13,655 bases of DNA from Tolypothrix carrinoi HA7290-LM1 (GCA_019358935.1 JAHHIK010000159.1:1-13655); one strand, 5' to 3'. Shown: positions 1 through 7,947, numbered from the stretch's first letter. Made by a program: numbers and translations. Notes: generated by a model not told the origin, from the letters alone.

Positions 1-127
1 AAGTGACTGCGTGAATTGATTTGGGGAAAACACAAGTGATGGCACTAAACACAGTCTCTATATAATGCCGAGTACATTGTTTAATGTATTGATTCCACGG
101 CTCATCTTTACGTGCGCGAATTCTTTT
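1..127 (-). mobile_element. IS982-family transposase fragment (C-terminal part, 5'-truncated, runs off the left edge)
   Basis: Manual translation of the minus strand from 115 gives ARKDEPWNQYIKQCTRHYIETVFSAITCVFPKSIHAVT. This resembles the IS982 DDE C-terminus (R-x-x-IET-x-FS ... FPKSIHAVT). KNSR precedes it in an adjacent frame. Not in the ORF track. Confidence 0.72.
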
Positions 128-258
128 GTATCAATGACGCTTGTTCTTGGAATGGAGATGCCGATTTAAACGGAGCCAAAAATATTGCTGCTATTGGGGC
201 TGTTTTTGTAAGCCAGCCCAGAGGCTCGAATGGTTTGTACTGCCCTAGCGAGGTATAG
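121..258 (+). pseudogene. tnpB: TnpB (IS200/IS605 RNA-guided endonuclease) C-terminal remnant
   Basis: Frame +1 reads FFCINDACSWNGDADLNGAKNIAAIGAVFVSQPRGSNGLYCPSEV* (TAG 256-258): the second Cys pair of the Zn finger plus the RuvC-III DADxNGAxNI motif. An in-frame TAA at 82-84 and non-TnpB sequence upstream show it is truncated. Confidence 0.85.
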
Positions 259-317
259 ACTCTTCAGGGCTACTAAAAGCCCACACTGTACCGCAAAGGA
301 GCGTGTGGGTAGTTTAC
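259..317 (+). mobile_element. IS200/IS605 right end (subterminal hairpins; putative omegaRNA/reRNA scaffold 3' part)
   Basis: Directly follows tnpB. Hairpins GGGCT(267-271)/AGCCC(278-282) and CCCACAC(280-286)/GTGTGGG(303-309), ending in GTAGTTTAC at 317, a terminus typical of cyanobacterial IS605-type elements. Confidence 0.75.
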
Positions 318-363
318 CTTGAACCACTTCTATTTGCGTCATTATCCCTGGTTTGCTGTTTTC

Positions 364-752
364 TCAAATCATAGCCGCACGAATTGCTTGCAAATGACCG
401 TTATCAATAATGGACGCTAAATGACCGCTACAAAAGCGCACTAGCTGCCAACGTGGGTTGTCAATAATTTTTGTCAGGTACAAATGTCAGCATAATTTAA
501 CAATTCTGGATGTTGGACACGTTGAGCTTCATTCTGCCAAGTTGTTCAATCAAAGGAAATGACAAAATTTTTTTCGTAAAGTGCTTTAAGAAATTTCTCA
601 AATTCTTTAAAATAGCAATAAGGGTCTAAAGTCAAGGATTCAGTTTGTATATTATATAGGTTTGCTTTTTTGCTGGAAAGTATCGGTAATAAAGCTAACA
701 CTGTATCAACATTTTTCGGGGTAATCTCACTGGACATATCCAATAATGCCAT
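364..752 (-). pseudogene. DUF6508-like protein pseudogene
   Basis: ORF 546..752 ends at FVISFD*. The same frame continues TTWQNEAQRVQHPELLNYADICT*QKLLTTHV (TGA at 546-548 and 474-476). After a frameshift it reads RFCSGHLASIIDNGHLQAI. Together this matches my recollection of the FDW..W...AD..TL.KLLT.HVR..RF.xGHL family pattern. Confidence 0.7.
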
Positions 753-845
753 TTAATTAAAATGGTATAAACAACCGAATTTTGGTTCATTTTATAAGTG
801 ACTGGCGACTAGAGATTAGGGATTAACAAATATGAAAAGTCTTTT

Positions 846-875
846 CTAGTCCCCAGTCCCCAGTCCCTAGTCCCC
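846..875 (+). repeat. STRR1-type heptamer tandem repeat (CCCCAGT/CCCTAGT) x~4
   Basis: ctagtccccagtccccagtccctagtcccc, with a degenerate complementary arm (gactggcgactagagattagggatt) near 800-824. Confidence 0.85.
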
Positions 876-896
876 TTTATCAGTAATTTACAGAGA

Positions 897-1577
897 TTGA
901 TGAAACCCGATACCACAACAGAATTTAACTCAGATCCAGAAATTGATCGCTTAATCGATGAAGTAATAACTTCTTCTTTAACGGATGAGCAGTATCGTAA
1001 AAAAATGCAGCGTCGTAAAGAAGTCCAAAATCAACGAATCGCAAATGCTGTCCCGGAAAAAGGGTTAGTTATTATTAATACCGGCAACGGTAAGGGGAAA
1101 ACTACTGCGGCGTTGGGGATGGTATTACGATCGCTTGGTCATGGATATAAAGTAGCGATCGTCCAATTTATCAAAGGTGCCTGGGAACCTTCAGAAAAAA
1201 AGGTTTTCAGTATGTGGCAAGACCAGTTAGAATTTCATGCTATGGGCGAAGGCTTTACCTGGGAAACTCAAGACCGCGATCGCGATCTCGATAAAGCTTA
1301 CGACGCTTGGCAAAAATCATTAGAATACATTTGCAATCCAGACTTCAAGCTGGTGCTGTTAGATGAAATTAATATCGCTCTGAAAATGGGTTATTTACAA
1401 GTTGAGGAAGTTTTAAGAGGTTTGCAGCAAAAACCACTCGATAAACACGTTATTCTCACAGGTAGAGGCGCACCAGCGGCTTTAATTGAACGAGCCGATT
1501 TAGTCACAGAAATGACTTTAGTTAAGCATCCTTTTCGCGATCAAGGCGTGAAGGCGCAAGCGGGAATTGAGTTTTAA
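897..1577 (+). CDS. cobO: cob(I)yrinic acid a,c-diamide adenosyltransferase (CobO/CobA/BtuR); ATG at 900 is the likely start
   Basis: GLVIINTGNGKGKTTAALG P-loop, VQFIKG, MGEGFTW, LLDE, VILTGR, ADLVTEM..KHPF..G..AQ.GIEF motifs. Confidence 0.96.
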   Translation: MMKPDTTTEFNSDPEIDRLIDEVITSSLTDEQYRKKMQRRKEVQNQRIANAVPEKGLVIINTGNGKGKTTAALGMVLRSLGHGYKVAIVQFIKGAWEPSEKKVFSMWQDQLEFHAMGEGFTWETQDRDRDLDKAYDAWQKSLEYICNPDFKLVLLDEINIALKMGYLQVEEVLRGLQQKPLDKHVILTGRGAPAALIERADLVTEMTLVKHPFRDQGVKAQAGIEF

Positions 1578-1586
1578 TTCCTTCAA

Positions 1587-1634
1587 TGATGAACGATCGC
1601 TTCTATGCCAAAACTCGTTATTTATCGTTCATCA
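1587..1634. terminator. Inverted repeat between convergent genes, possible bidirectional terminator
   Basis: TGATGAACGAT (1587-1597) / ATCGTTCATCA (1624-1634), 11-bp perfect arms with a 26-nt loop. Confidence 0.45.
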
Positions 1635-1652
1635 AAAGAGCGATTATTTTAC

Positions 1653-2342
1653 TCACTTTCGATATCCGCCATCTGAAACTTGATTGCACATCTGCAAAAT
1701 TTGGCGATCGTTATCACTGACAGTATTTAATTTATGATAGTCTTGTAGTGCAACTGAGTAGGCATAAGTCATTGGCTGATCTGCATCTAGTTTCGGTAGT
1801 CTATTTGCCGTAGCTACCTCTTCTAGACCTCCTGCACCAGGCGCAGTTACCGTCATCGCCAACTCTCCTGTTGAGTCAACATTGCCCTGAAAACAACTAA
1901 ACTCAGAACTGGGCATATACAACGCGCCCATCACCTGATTTTGGCGCTTCTGAAATACAATATATCCTTGCCCAAGTTGGTTTGGCTGTGGAGATTGACC
2001 ATAGAGATAAACGCCATCTTGTTTGGGAAACTTCGTAGCGGCAACATTGGCGTTTTTTGTTGCTTTTTGAGATTTGGTAAGTTGTGCGGTAGTTCTAGGT
2101 GAAGAAACTTTATCGTTATTGTCTGTTCCGAGACTGGCGTTAGCCTGGATTTGTCTTTCTTGGAAAACATCGTTTCTAGAAACTTGCAAATCCGTAACCA
2201 GCGTTGATGTTTGTACTGTTTCTATTTGGTTACTCAAAACTGGTTTAGCCTGTTCACCAACTACACCAGCGGTTATGATTAAGCCAGCGAGGGGAATTGT
2301 CCATTTGCGAGGGGAAAGAAATTTATTGATATTATGCACCAC
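1653..2342 (-). CDS. Conserved cyanobacterial hypothetical protein, probably exported
   Basis: 229-aa ORF with GTG start after AGGAGG. It has a basic then hydrophobic N-terminus, a low-complexity linker, and a C-terminal domain DGVYLYGQSPQPNQLGQGYIVF...GALYMPSSEFSCF.G typical of cyanobacterial hypotheticals. Confidence 0.85.
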   Translation of the reverse strand: MVHNINKFLSPRKWTIPLAGLIITAGVVGEQAKPVLSNQIETVQTSTLVTDLQVSRNDVFQERQIQANASLGTDNNDKVSSPRTTAQLTKSQKATKNANVAATKFPKQDGVYLYGQSPQPNQLGQGYIVFQKRQNQVMGALYMPSSEFSCFQGNVDSTGELAMTVTAPGAGGLEEVATANRLPKLDADQPMTYAYSVALQDYHKLNTVSDNDRQILQMCNQVSDGGYRK

Positions 2343-2641
2343 CCAAATCCTCCTGTGAAAAAATTACTACGTACTGCGCCACCTACCTATTTAAACCGTA
2401 ACCAAGTATTTAGGCATCAAGGCTCTGCCAAAGGTTTGATTTATGTTGTGCGGAAAAACACATTTTCAATAAATGAAGTTTTTATCTAGTTTTTAAGCGT
2501 TAATTAGAAAATACTATTGTTTTGTGCGATTTTCACTTCACTAAGTAAATTCACTCTCTGGGGTGAGGTTTACGGCAAATTCCTGATATATTTTTATTTG
2601 ATATTTTTATTTTGATAAATAATATTTATTATCACCCACCT

Positions 2642-2754
2642 CTCGTTCCCTGGCTCTGCCAGGGAATGTACTTGGTGTGGGCTGCTGCCTCGACCGTCAG
2701 TAATCGAGGCAGAGCAAGATTGTATGCATTCCCGGAACAGAGGCTGGGAACGAG
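2642..2754. repeat. REP/MITE-like palindromic dispersed element (~113 bp)
   Basis: Terminal IR CTCGTTCCC(2642-2650)/GGGAACGAG(2746-2754); internal hairpins TTCCCTGGC-tct-GCCAGGGAA and CTGCCTCGA(2685-2693)/TCGAGGCAG(2704-2712); GC-rich island in an AT-rich spacer. Confidence 0.75.
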
Positions 2755-2765
2755 TCTACGAGTCT

Positions 2766-2796
2766 AAAAAAAATCGCCCCCTGAATTCAGGAGGCG
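2766..2796 (-). terminator. Intrinsic terminator of the sigma factor gene
   Basis: Minus strand CGCCTCCTGAATTCAGGGGGCG hairpin followed by A and T8, about 27 nt after the stop codon. Confidence 0.8.
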
Positions 2797-2822
2797 CGTC
2801 GCCTAGAGCGATAAGCTTATAA

Positions 2823-3806
2823 CTAGCTAGCAACGTACTCTTTAACATTTGCGCGACGACGACGCAGATGAGCAAGGGCTTGATGCTCTAATTGGCGGAC
2901 GCGCTCGCGGCTAAGACTTAAGCGTTCGCCAACTTTCGCCAGAGACATTTCGTTACCATCTTCTAAACCAAAGCGCAAAGCTAAAACTTCTCGCTGTTGG
3001 GGGGTAAGTTCAGATAATAGGGTGTTCAAGTCTTGGCGCAAGAACTCTTGAGTCATGTAATACTCAGGTGATGGACCATCATCTTCGAGCATTTCTTGCA
3101 ACTCAGTATCTTGATTATCGCCAACTCGTACATCCAAAGAAACTGGCTGACGTGCCATATTCAGGTATTCGCGAATTTGAGCTGGTTCTAGCTCAAGTTC
3201 TTTGGCAATTTCTGCGGGGGAAGGCGATCGCCCATACTTTTGAGCTAGTTCGCGCTGTACTTTTTTGATTTTGTTCAGCTTCTCGGTGATGTGGATCGGT
3301 AAGCGAATTGTCCGACCTTGTTGAGCGATCGCCCGCGTAATCGCTTGACGAATCCACCAGTAAGCGTAGGTTGAGAACTTATAACCCCGTGTCGGGTCAA
3401 ACTTCTCTACACCTCTCTCTAGTCCTAGAGTTCCTTCTTGGATCAAATCCAGAAACTCCATATTCCGCTTTTGGTACTTCTTGGCAATAGCGACGACTAA
3501 GCGCAAATTCGCTTCAATCATCTTTTGCTTTGCCCGCTTACCTTGATGCACAAGCTGTGTAACCTCTGATGAAGGCAGATTAACGTGGCTTGCCCACTCT
3601 TCTAAGCTGATTTCGCGGTGCTGTTTCTTTTCTAAAGCTTCTTTGGCTTCCACTAACTTCATCATGTGTTGCACCTGCTTCCCAAAGATGATTTCTTGGT
3701 CACGGGTTAGCAGTGGTACACGACCAATCTCGCGCAGATAGGTTCGCACCATATCAGCCGTGAATTTGGTGTTAGTGTTTTCAGTTTGGGTGGTAACAGT
3801 AGGCAT
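2823..3806 (-). CDS. sigB: Group 2 RNA polymerase sigma-70 factor (RpoD/SigA family, SigB-like); likely start at MPTVTT (3806) rather than 3911
   Basis: ADMVRTYLREIGRVPLLT (1.2), MIEANLRLVVAIAKKY, DLIQEG, KFSTYAYWWIRQAITRAIA, SRERVRQLE; no region 1.1; GAGG upstream of ATG 3806. The N-terminus MPT...FTADMVR resembles Synechocystis SigB-type proteins. Paralog names vary among Nostocales. Confidence 0.9.
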   Translation of the reverse strand: MPTVTTQTENTNTKFTADMVRTYLREIGRVPLLTRDQEIIFGKQVQHMMKLVEAKEALEKKQHREISLEEWASHVNLPSSEVTQLVHQGKRAKQKMIEANLRLVVAIAKKYQKRNMEFLDLIQEGTLGLERGVEKFDPTRGYKFSTYAYWWIRQAITRAIAQQGRTIRLPIHITEKLNKIKKVQRELAQKYGRSPSPAEIAKELELEPAQIREYLNMARQPVSLDVRVGDNQDTELQEMLEDDGPSPEYYMTQEFLRQDLNTLLSELTPQQREVLALRFGLEDGNEMSLAKVGERLSLSRERVRQLEHQALAHLRRRRANVKEYVAS

Positions 3807-4285
3807 TGGTGCGTTGTCCTCTCGTCCGTAAACACAATGAATATTTATTACTAGGGCGGATGGGGAAAGATTGTGTTTTGATCTCACCACATTATCAACT
3901 TCCGAAGACAATCATATTAGTACAGGTTTTGTCAAGACGGTGCTCCCTTTAGATAGGTTTCCCTATCCTCCCTAAATCTTTAAGTCGTTAGAAGTACGCG
4001 CTCAAAGTTTCCCTTGATTTCTTTTCGTCCTCACTCGCTAGCAGCGACAGTAAAAATACGAAGTCAGTATGAGTTCTACTTATTTAATATTACGACAAAT
4101 TAGCCGGTTAGTAAAGTAGGTCAGATAAATCTTTCCATTATAGTGTAAAAATGTTTATTTGCCAAAAAAATGGCGGTAAATTGTTTTGTGCCCTTACTAT
4201 TTATATAGTGACGCTAAAACCCCCCTCGCGGGTGCCCAAAATTAGCGGGATTACCGAACTGATTAATTGTAATATTACGAAATTA

Positions 4286-4348
4286 GGGAATTGGGCAATG
4301 GGCAATGGGCATTGGGCAATGGGCATTGGGCAATGGGCAATGGGAATT
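4286..4348 (+). repeat. Heptamer tandem array (GGGCAAT/GGGCATT/GGGAATT) x9
   Basis: Nine units read directly from the sequence. Confidence 0.95.
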
Positions 4349-4393
4349 AAAAACGCTTGACTAATTGTAATGCCCGAATAAATATGATTCTTT

Positions 4394-4446
4394 CCATGCC
4401 CCATGCCCCATGCCCCATGCCCCATGCCCAATGCCCCATGCCCAAC
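4394..4446 (+). repeat. Heptamer tandem array (CCCCATG) x~7, inverted relative to 4286-4348
   Basis: Read directly from the sequence; abuts the herA stop codon. Confidence 0.95.
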
Positions 4447-6177
4447 TTAAAACCCAAGATCGGCTTTAGCTAGTTCAGCAGCAGCGAAGACTTCTGCGTC
4501 TGGCTTTTCTTCCCAAGCGGTATCACCAATTTCGGCATAGAAAGTTGAGTCGTAAGGACGGGTACGCACGACTACCGGCATGGGGACGGCGTGTCCTAAA
4601 ATTAAAGCTTGTTGCTTTGAGTCTAACTTGGCTAAGACCGATCGCAAACCACCACCACCAGAGACACCTGTAAAAATCGCGTCGATGTCTTTTTCATCAT
4701 TGAGCAAAGCGGTGATGCGAGTACCAATTTGAGACATAACTTCATTATCTATGCCTGAAGGACGTTGATCGACCACCAGAAGTGTAACGAAATATTTACG
4801 CAACTCGCGGGCGATCGTCCCAAAGATGGTACTTTGGACAATAGCGGGGTCAAGAAAGCGGTGCGCTTCCTCAATCGTAATCATTAATGGGGTTGGGCGA
4901 TCGCATGGATTTTTGCTTTGCAAGAACTTATCAGCTTTTTTTACATACTTCTCGTGAATGCGTTTGGTAATCATGTTCGTCACCAACATGTAAGAAAGCA
5001 TGTTGGATTGGGAACCAAATTCTATCACAACATTCTTGCTAGCTTCCAAAGATTGCAAAATCTTATCGATGTAATTTTGCGGGCAAGCCGCTCGTATATA
5101 CTTTAAACTATCCATCCGCAAAAGTTTGCGTTGCAAAGACATAATCGAACCTTTATGTCCGCGCTTTTCTTCGCAAAACATCTCGATTTCTTCATTCGTC
5201 ATGTTCAGTAATTGGATAATCCAAGACTTCCCGAATTCAGAGAACAAAATATTGGCATTATCTAATGCTGCATCCGACAGTCCTAAATCCCGACTGCATA
5301 ACTTAATATCTTCGACATCGATTTGGTCGTAACTTAGATATAGTTCTTGTGCATCGCGCACACCCCGACGTTTTGTAGATTCTGGGTCAAGGGTATAAAC
5401 TTCAACAAGACTTGGAAATAACTGTTTTAAACCTTTAACAGTATTAACATTTTTGCCTTCCGCTACAGCTTCCCAACCATACTCGGAATGCATATCAAAA
5501 ATTAAATTAACTGCTGCACTTTTGCGAATCACACCAGCTAAAAGTAAGCGTGTTAAAAACGATTTACCAGTACCAGATTTACCAAAAACGCCATTACTGC
5601 GTTCAACAAAACGATTTAAATCGATGCAAACCGGCACATCCATATCCAGCGGTTTACCGATAGAGAAATTTTTTCTCTGGGGGTCATCTTCCCAACCAAA
5701 TACTCGGCGAAAATCATCTTCATTCGCTTCGTAAACTTGGCTAAAATGGCTGGGAATAGTTTTAACTGGTAACAATTCCATCGTCGTGCTGGTTTGCGGT
5801 TGAAAAGATGCTAAACCGGTTGCCGATGGTACAAAGGGATTAACAGATTTGCCATTTGTGGCTGAATAAGATTCGTTATTTTCCGGAGTGAACATCAACA
5901 TCGGTGAGAGGTTGATAGTTCCGTAAGTACCACTTCCACCTAAAACTTCTCTTAAAAAAGTGTCATCCCAACTTGGAGGATTAGCAATAATTCTTTGGTT
6001 AGCAGTTCCTAGTGCTACATCTGTCAGCATACAGAAAAAACGCGATCGCATCCCTTGCACGACTAAAAACTTACCCACCCGCATATCTTCAACCGAAATA
6101 TCCGGGTGTAATCTTACTTCTAATCCTGCTGTGAGAGAACCTTCTATTACTGAACCTAACGGTTGTCCCAAATTCAT
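4447..6177 (-). CDS. herA: HerA-like ATPase/helicase (FtsK-HerA superfamily, N-terminal HAS barrel, DUF87)
   Basis: N-terminal LGSVIEGS barrel, Walker A GVFGKSGTGKS, IFDMHSEY, Walker B ITIEEAHRFL, arginine finger ARELRKY, DQRPS. Confidence 0.9.
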   Translation of the reverse strand: MNLGQPLGSVIEGSLTAGLEVRLHPDISVEDMRVGKFLVVQGMRSRFFCMLTDVALGTANQRIIANPPSWDDTFLREVLGGSGTYGTINLSPMLMFTPENNESYSATNGKSVNPFVPSATGLASFQPQTSTTMELLPVKTIPSHFSQVYEANEDDFRRVFGWEDDPQRKNFSIGKPLDMDVPVCIDLNRFVERSNGVFGKSGTGKSFLTRLLLAGVIRKSAAVNLIFDMHSEYGWEAVAEGKNVNTVKGLKQLFPSLVEVYTLDPESTKRRGVRDAQELYLSYDQIDVEDIKLCSRDLGLSDAALDNANILFSEFGKSWIIQLLNMTNEEIEMFCEEKRGHKGSIMSLQRKLLRMDSLKYIRAACPQNYIDKILQSLEASKNVVIEFGSQSNMLSYMLVTNMITKRIHEKYVKKADKFLQSKNPCDRPTPLMITIEEAHRFLDPAIVQSTIFGTIARELRKYFVTLLVVDQRPSGIDNEVMSQIGTRITALLNDEKDIDAIFTGVSGGGGLRSVLAKLDSKQQALILGHAVPMPVVVRTRPYDSTFYAEIGDTAWEEKPDAEVFAAAELAKADLGF

Positions 6178-6269
6178 TTTATTAATTACATGATTGTTGT
6201 TTAATCTTATATTTAATTTTAGTTGTATATAACATTTCCAATCGCTAGTTTCACATAAAAATATTAAAA

Positions 6270-6336
6270 GGGTAATAGGTAATTTAAATTTGGTAATTGA
6301 AAATTGGTAATTGAAAATTGGTAATTGAAAATTGGG
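6270..6336 (+). repeat. Tandem repeat GGTAATTGAAAATT x3 plus degenerate units
   Basis: Three perfect 14-mers at 6292-6333, each made of two heptamer variants. Confidence 0.9.
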
Positions 6337-6344
6337 AAAAAGCG

Positions 6345-6458
6345 ATTACCCATTCCCCATTCTCCATTCCCCATTCCCCATTCCCCATTACCCATTACCC
6401 ATTCCCCATTCCCCATTCCCCATTCCCCATTACCCATTCCCCATTACCCATTACCCAT
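6345..6458 (+). repeat. STRR-type heptamer array (CCCCATT/ACCCATT) x~16
   Basis: Read directly from the sequence; abuts the GST stop codon. Confidence 0.95.
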
Positions 6459-6460
6459 TT

Positions 6461-7252
6461 TTAATCAATTTGAATTGAAGTTGGAGCGCTACCTGTGGTA
6501 GTAGTAGGTAGTAATGGTGTGCGATATTGACTGTAAAGGCGATCGCGCCAAGTGAAGAATGGTTCGTAAAGGGGATTATCTGCTAATTCTGGGACACCTT
6601 TACCTCTGAGGCTGACTGGTAAATCTAGATAGGGACCATCGGGAAACTTCAGCAAAATCGACAATCCTGCCACGGCAAAGTCTGCTAAAGTAGGTTCGTC
6701 TCCGACTAAATAAGGACTCTCTGCCAATATTAGCGTAAGTGCTTCTAAGTCTTGCTTTAAGTCGGTGATGGCGCTACGTACCACATCAGGAGTATAACCT
6801 ACTCCAACACCCAAAACTTTTAGTAAGTCGTTTGGTACTCCTTGAATTAGAGTTTTGAATACATCTGGTGTGGAAGTCGGTAATAAAGACTTGCGGAAAT
6901 TTTGGTCTTGACTAATCGCCGAAAATAACGCCTTGCGACTTTTGATACCAATCGACTCATCAGCCCATTCTTCCATCATTAAGCATAAACCGCGTTGCTT
7001 TGAATCTTTCGGTATCAGTGGGCGATCGGGATATTCTAAATCTAAATACTTAGCTATCCCCGTGGAATCTGAGATATATCTATTACCATCTTTCAGCACT
7101 GGTACTTGTCGCTGACCAGTCAACCGGAAGAGATCTACTTGTCCAATCCCAGGTGTAATTTCAATTTTGCGGTACGCTAATCCTTTATAATCAAGGAGCA
7201 GGCGTGCTTTCTCTGAGTAATGAGATAGTTCAAATTGGTATAATTCCAGCAT
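6461..7252 (-). CDS. Glutathione S-transferase family protein
   Basis: LYQFELSHYSEKARLLLDYKGL, QVPVL.DG...I.DS..IA.YL, and C-terminal YLVGDEPTLADFAV motifs. Confidence 0.93.
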   Translation of the reverse strand: MLELYQFELSHYSEKARLLLDYKGLAYRKIEITPGIGQVDLFRLTGQRQVPVLKDGNRYISDSTGIAKYLDLEYPDRPLIPKDSKQRGLCLMMEEWADESIGIKSRKALFSAISQDQNFRKSLLPTSTPDVFKTLIQGVPNDLLKVLGVGVGYTPDVVRSAITDLKQDLEALTLILAESPYLVGDEPTLADFAVAGLSILLKFPDGPYLDLPVSLRGKGVPELADNPLYEPFFTWRDRLYSQYRTPLLPTTTTGSAPTSIQID

Positions 7253-7947
7253 CTTCCCTACCTTGTAATCGGTGCGTTTATCAACTTTATAATTGTATCT
7301 TTAGTACTATAAATTTCAAAAGGCAATTAATTTATTTTGCACGAAACTAATCGAGACTAACGTTGATTTTTTGATAAATGCACGATTTTGGCAAAAATAC
7401 TATTATTCATTCAATTAAAAACATCAAATCATGAAAAAATTTAATTAGTCGCCATCAACGGCTTACATCATTGTAGAAAATTTTAGATAAAAAGTTGCTT
7501 GCATCGCCTTTGTGATTAAGCACTTTTCCTTTGCTTCTCTTGTGGTGCTTGTTAGAAAAACAAAGGAAAGTGAGAAAATTTTGGGGATATTTTGTATGTA
7601 ACGCTACGTTTGGACTAGATTTACCATTTTTTTGATGAGATTGCTATTTGGTCAAGTCTTTTATCTTAAATACTTGCTTTTTCTTTGGGTGATGCGATAT
7701 TAGGCGAGGGGGAAAATTCGCTCTTGGGCGATCGCCTACACAAAAGTCGTGATATTTACTTGATTCATATTATATTTGCTACAGGCGATAGCTTCTAACC
7801 TTCAGTGTAATAATTTCCGGATAAAGGAAATCCTATCACCACGGCATATTTTAAATAAAAAATCTTACTTCTTTAGTTAGATTTTATGGGTAGCGAAATG
7901 TTATAAGTCTTTATGTAATGTGTGAAAATTAAAGCCAAACAAAATTT

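Noticed and set aside
474..548. TGA recoding (Trp or Sec) in the DUF6508-like gene
   Set aside because: One TGA replaces an expected Leu, a frameshift is also present, and TGA is used as a normal stop for ORF 1653..2342.
753..896. Cobalamin riboswitch upstream of cobO
   Set aside because: The spacer is only ~145 bp, AT-rich and partly STRR, with no B12-box-like sequence visible.
1931..2358. ORFs 1931..2170 (-) and 2074..2358 (+)
   Set aside because: Alternate-frame or antisense shadows of the 229-aa gene.
3068..3268. 66-aa plus-strand ORF
   Set aside because: Antisense shadow inside the sigma factor gene.
3807..4285. CIRCE or NtcA sites upstream of the sigma factor
   Set aside because: The nearest matches have wrong spacing (GTA-N7-TAC near 4067) or too many mismatches.
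4151..4431. ORFs 4151..4360 (+) and 4201..4431 (-)
   Set aside because: Largely translations of heptamer repeats (GNGHWAMG, MGHGAWG); no domain signal.
4918..6193. Four short plus-strand ORFs
   Set aside because: Antisense shadows of herA with no recognisable motifs.
4447..7252. HerA-based anti-phage system
   Set aside because: No SIR2, nuclease or DUF4297 partner is adjacent; the context looks like conserved housekeeping genes.
7816..7821. TCCGGA, a heterocyst DIF1-like promoter motif upstream of the fasciclin gene
   Set aside because: A lone hexamer with no convincing companion -10 element at the expected spacing; expected by chance.
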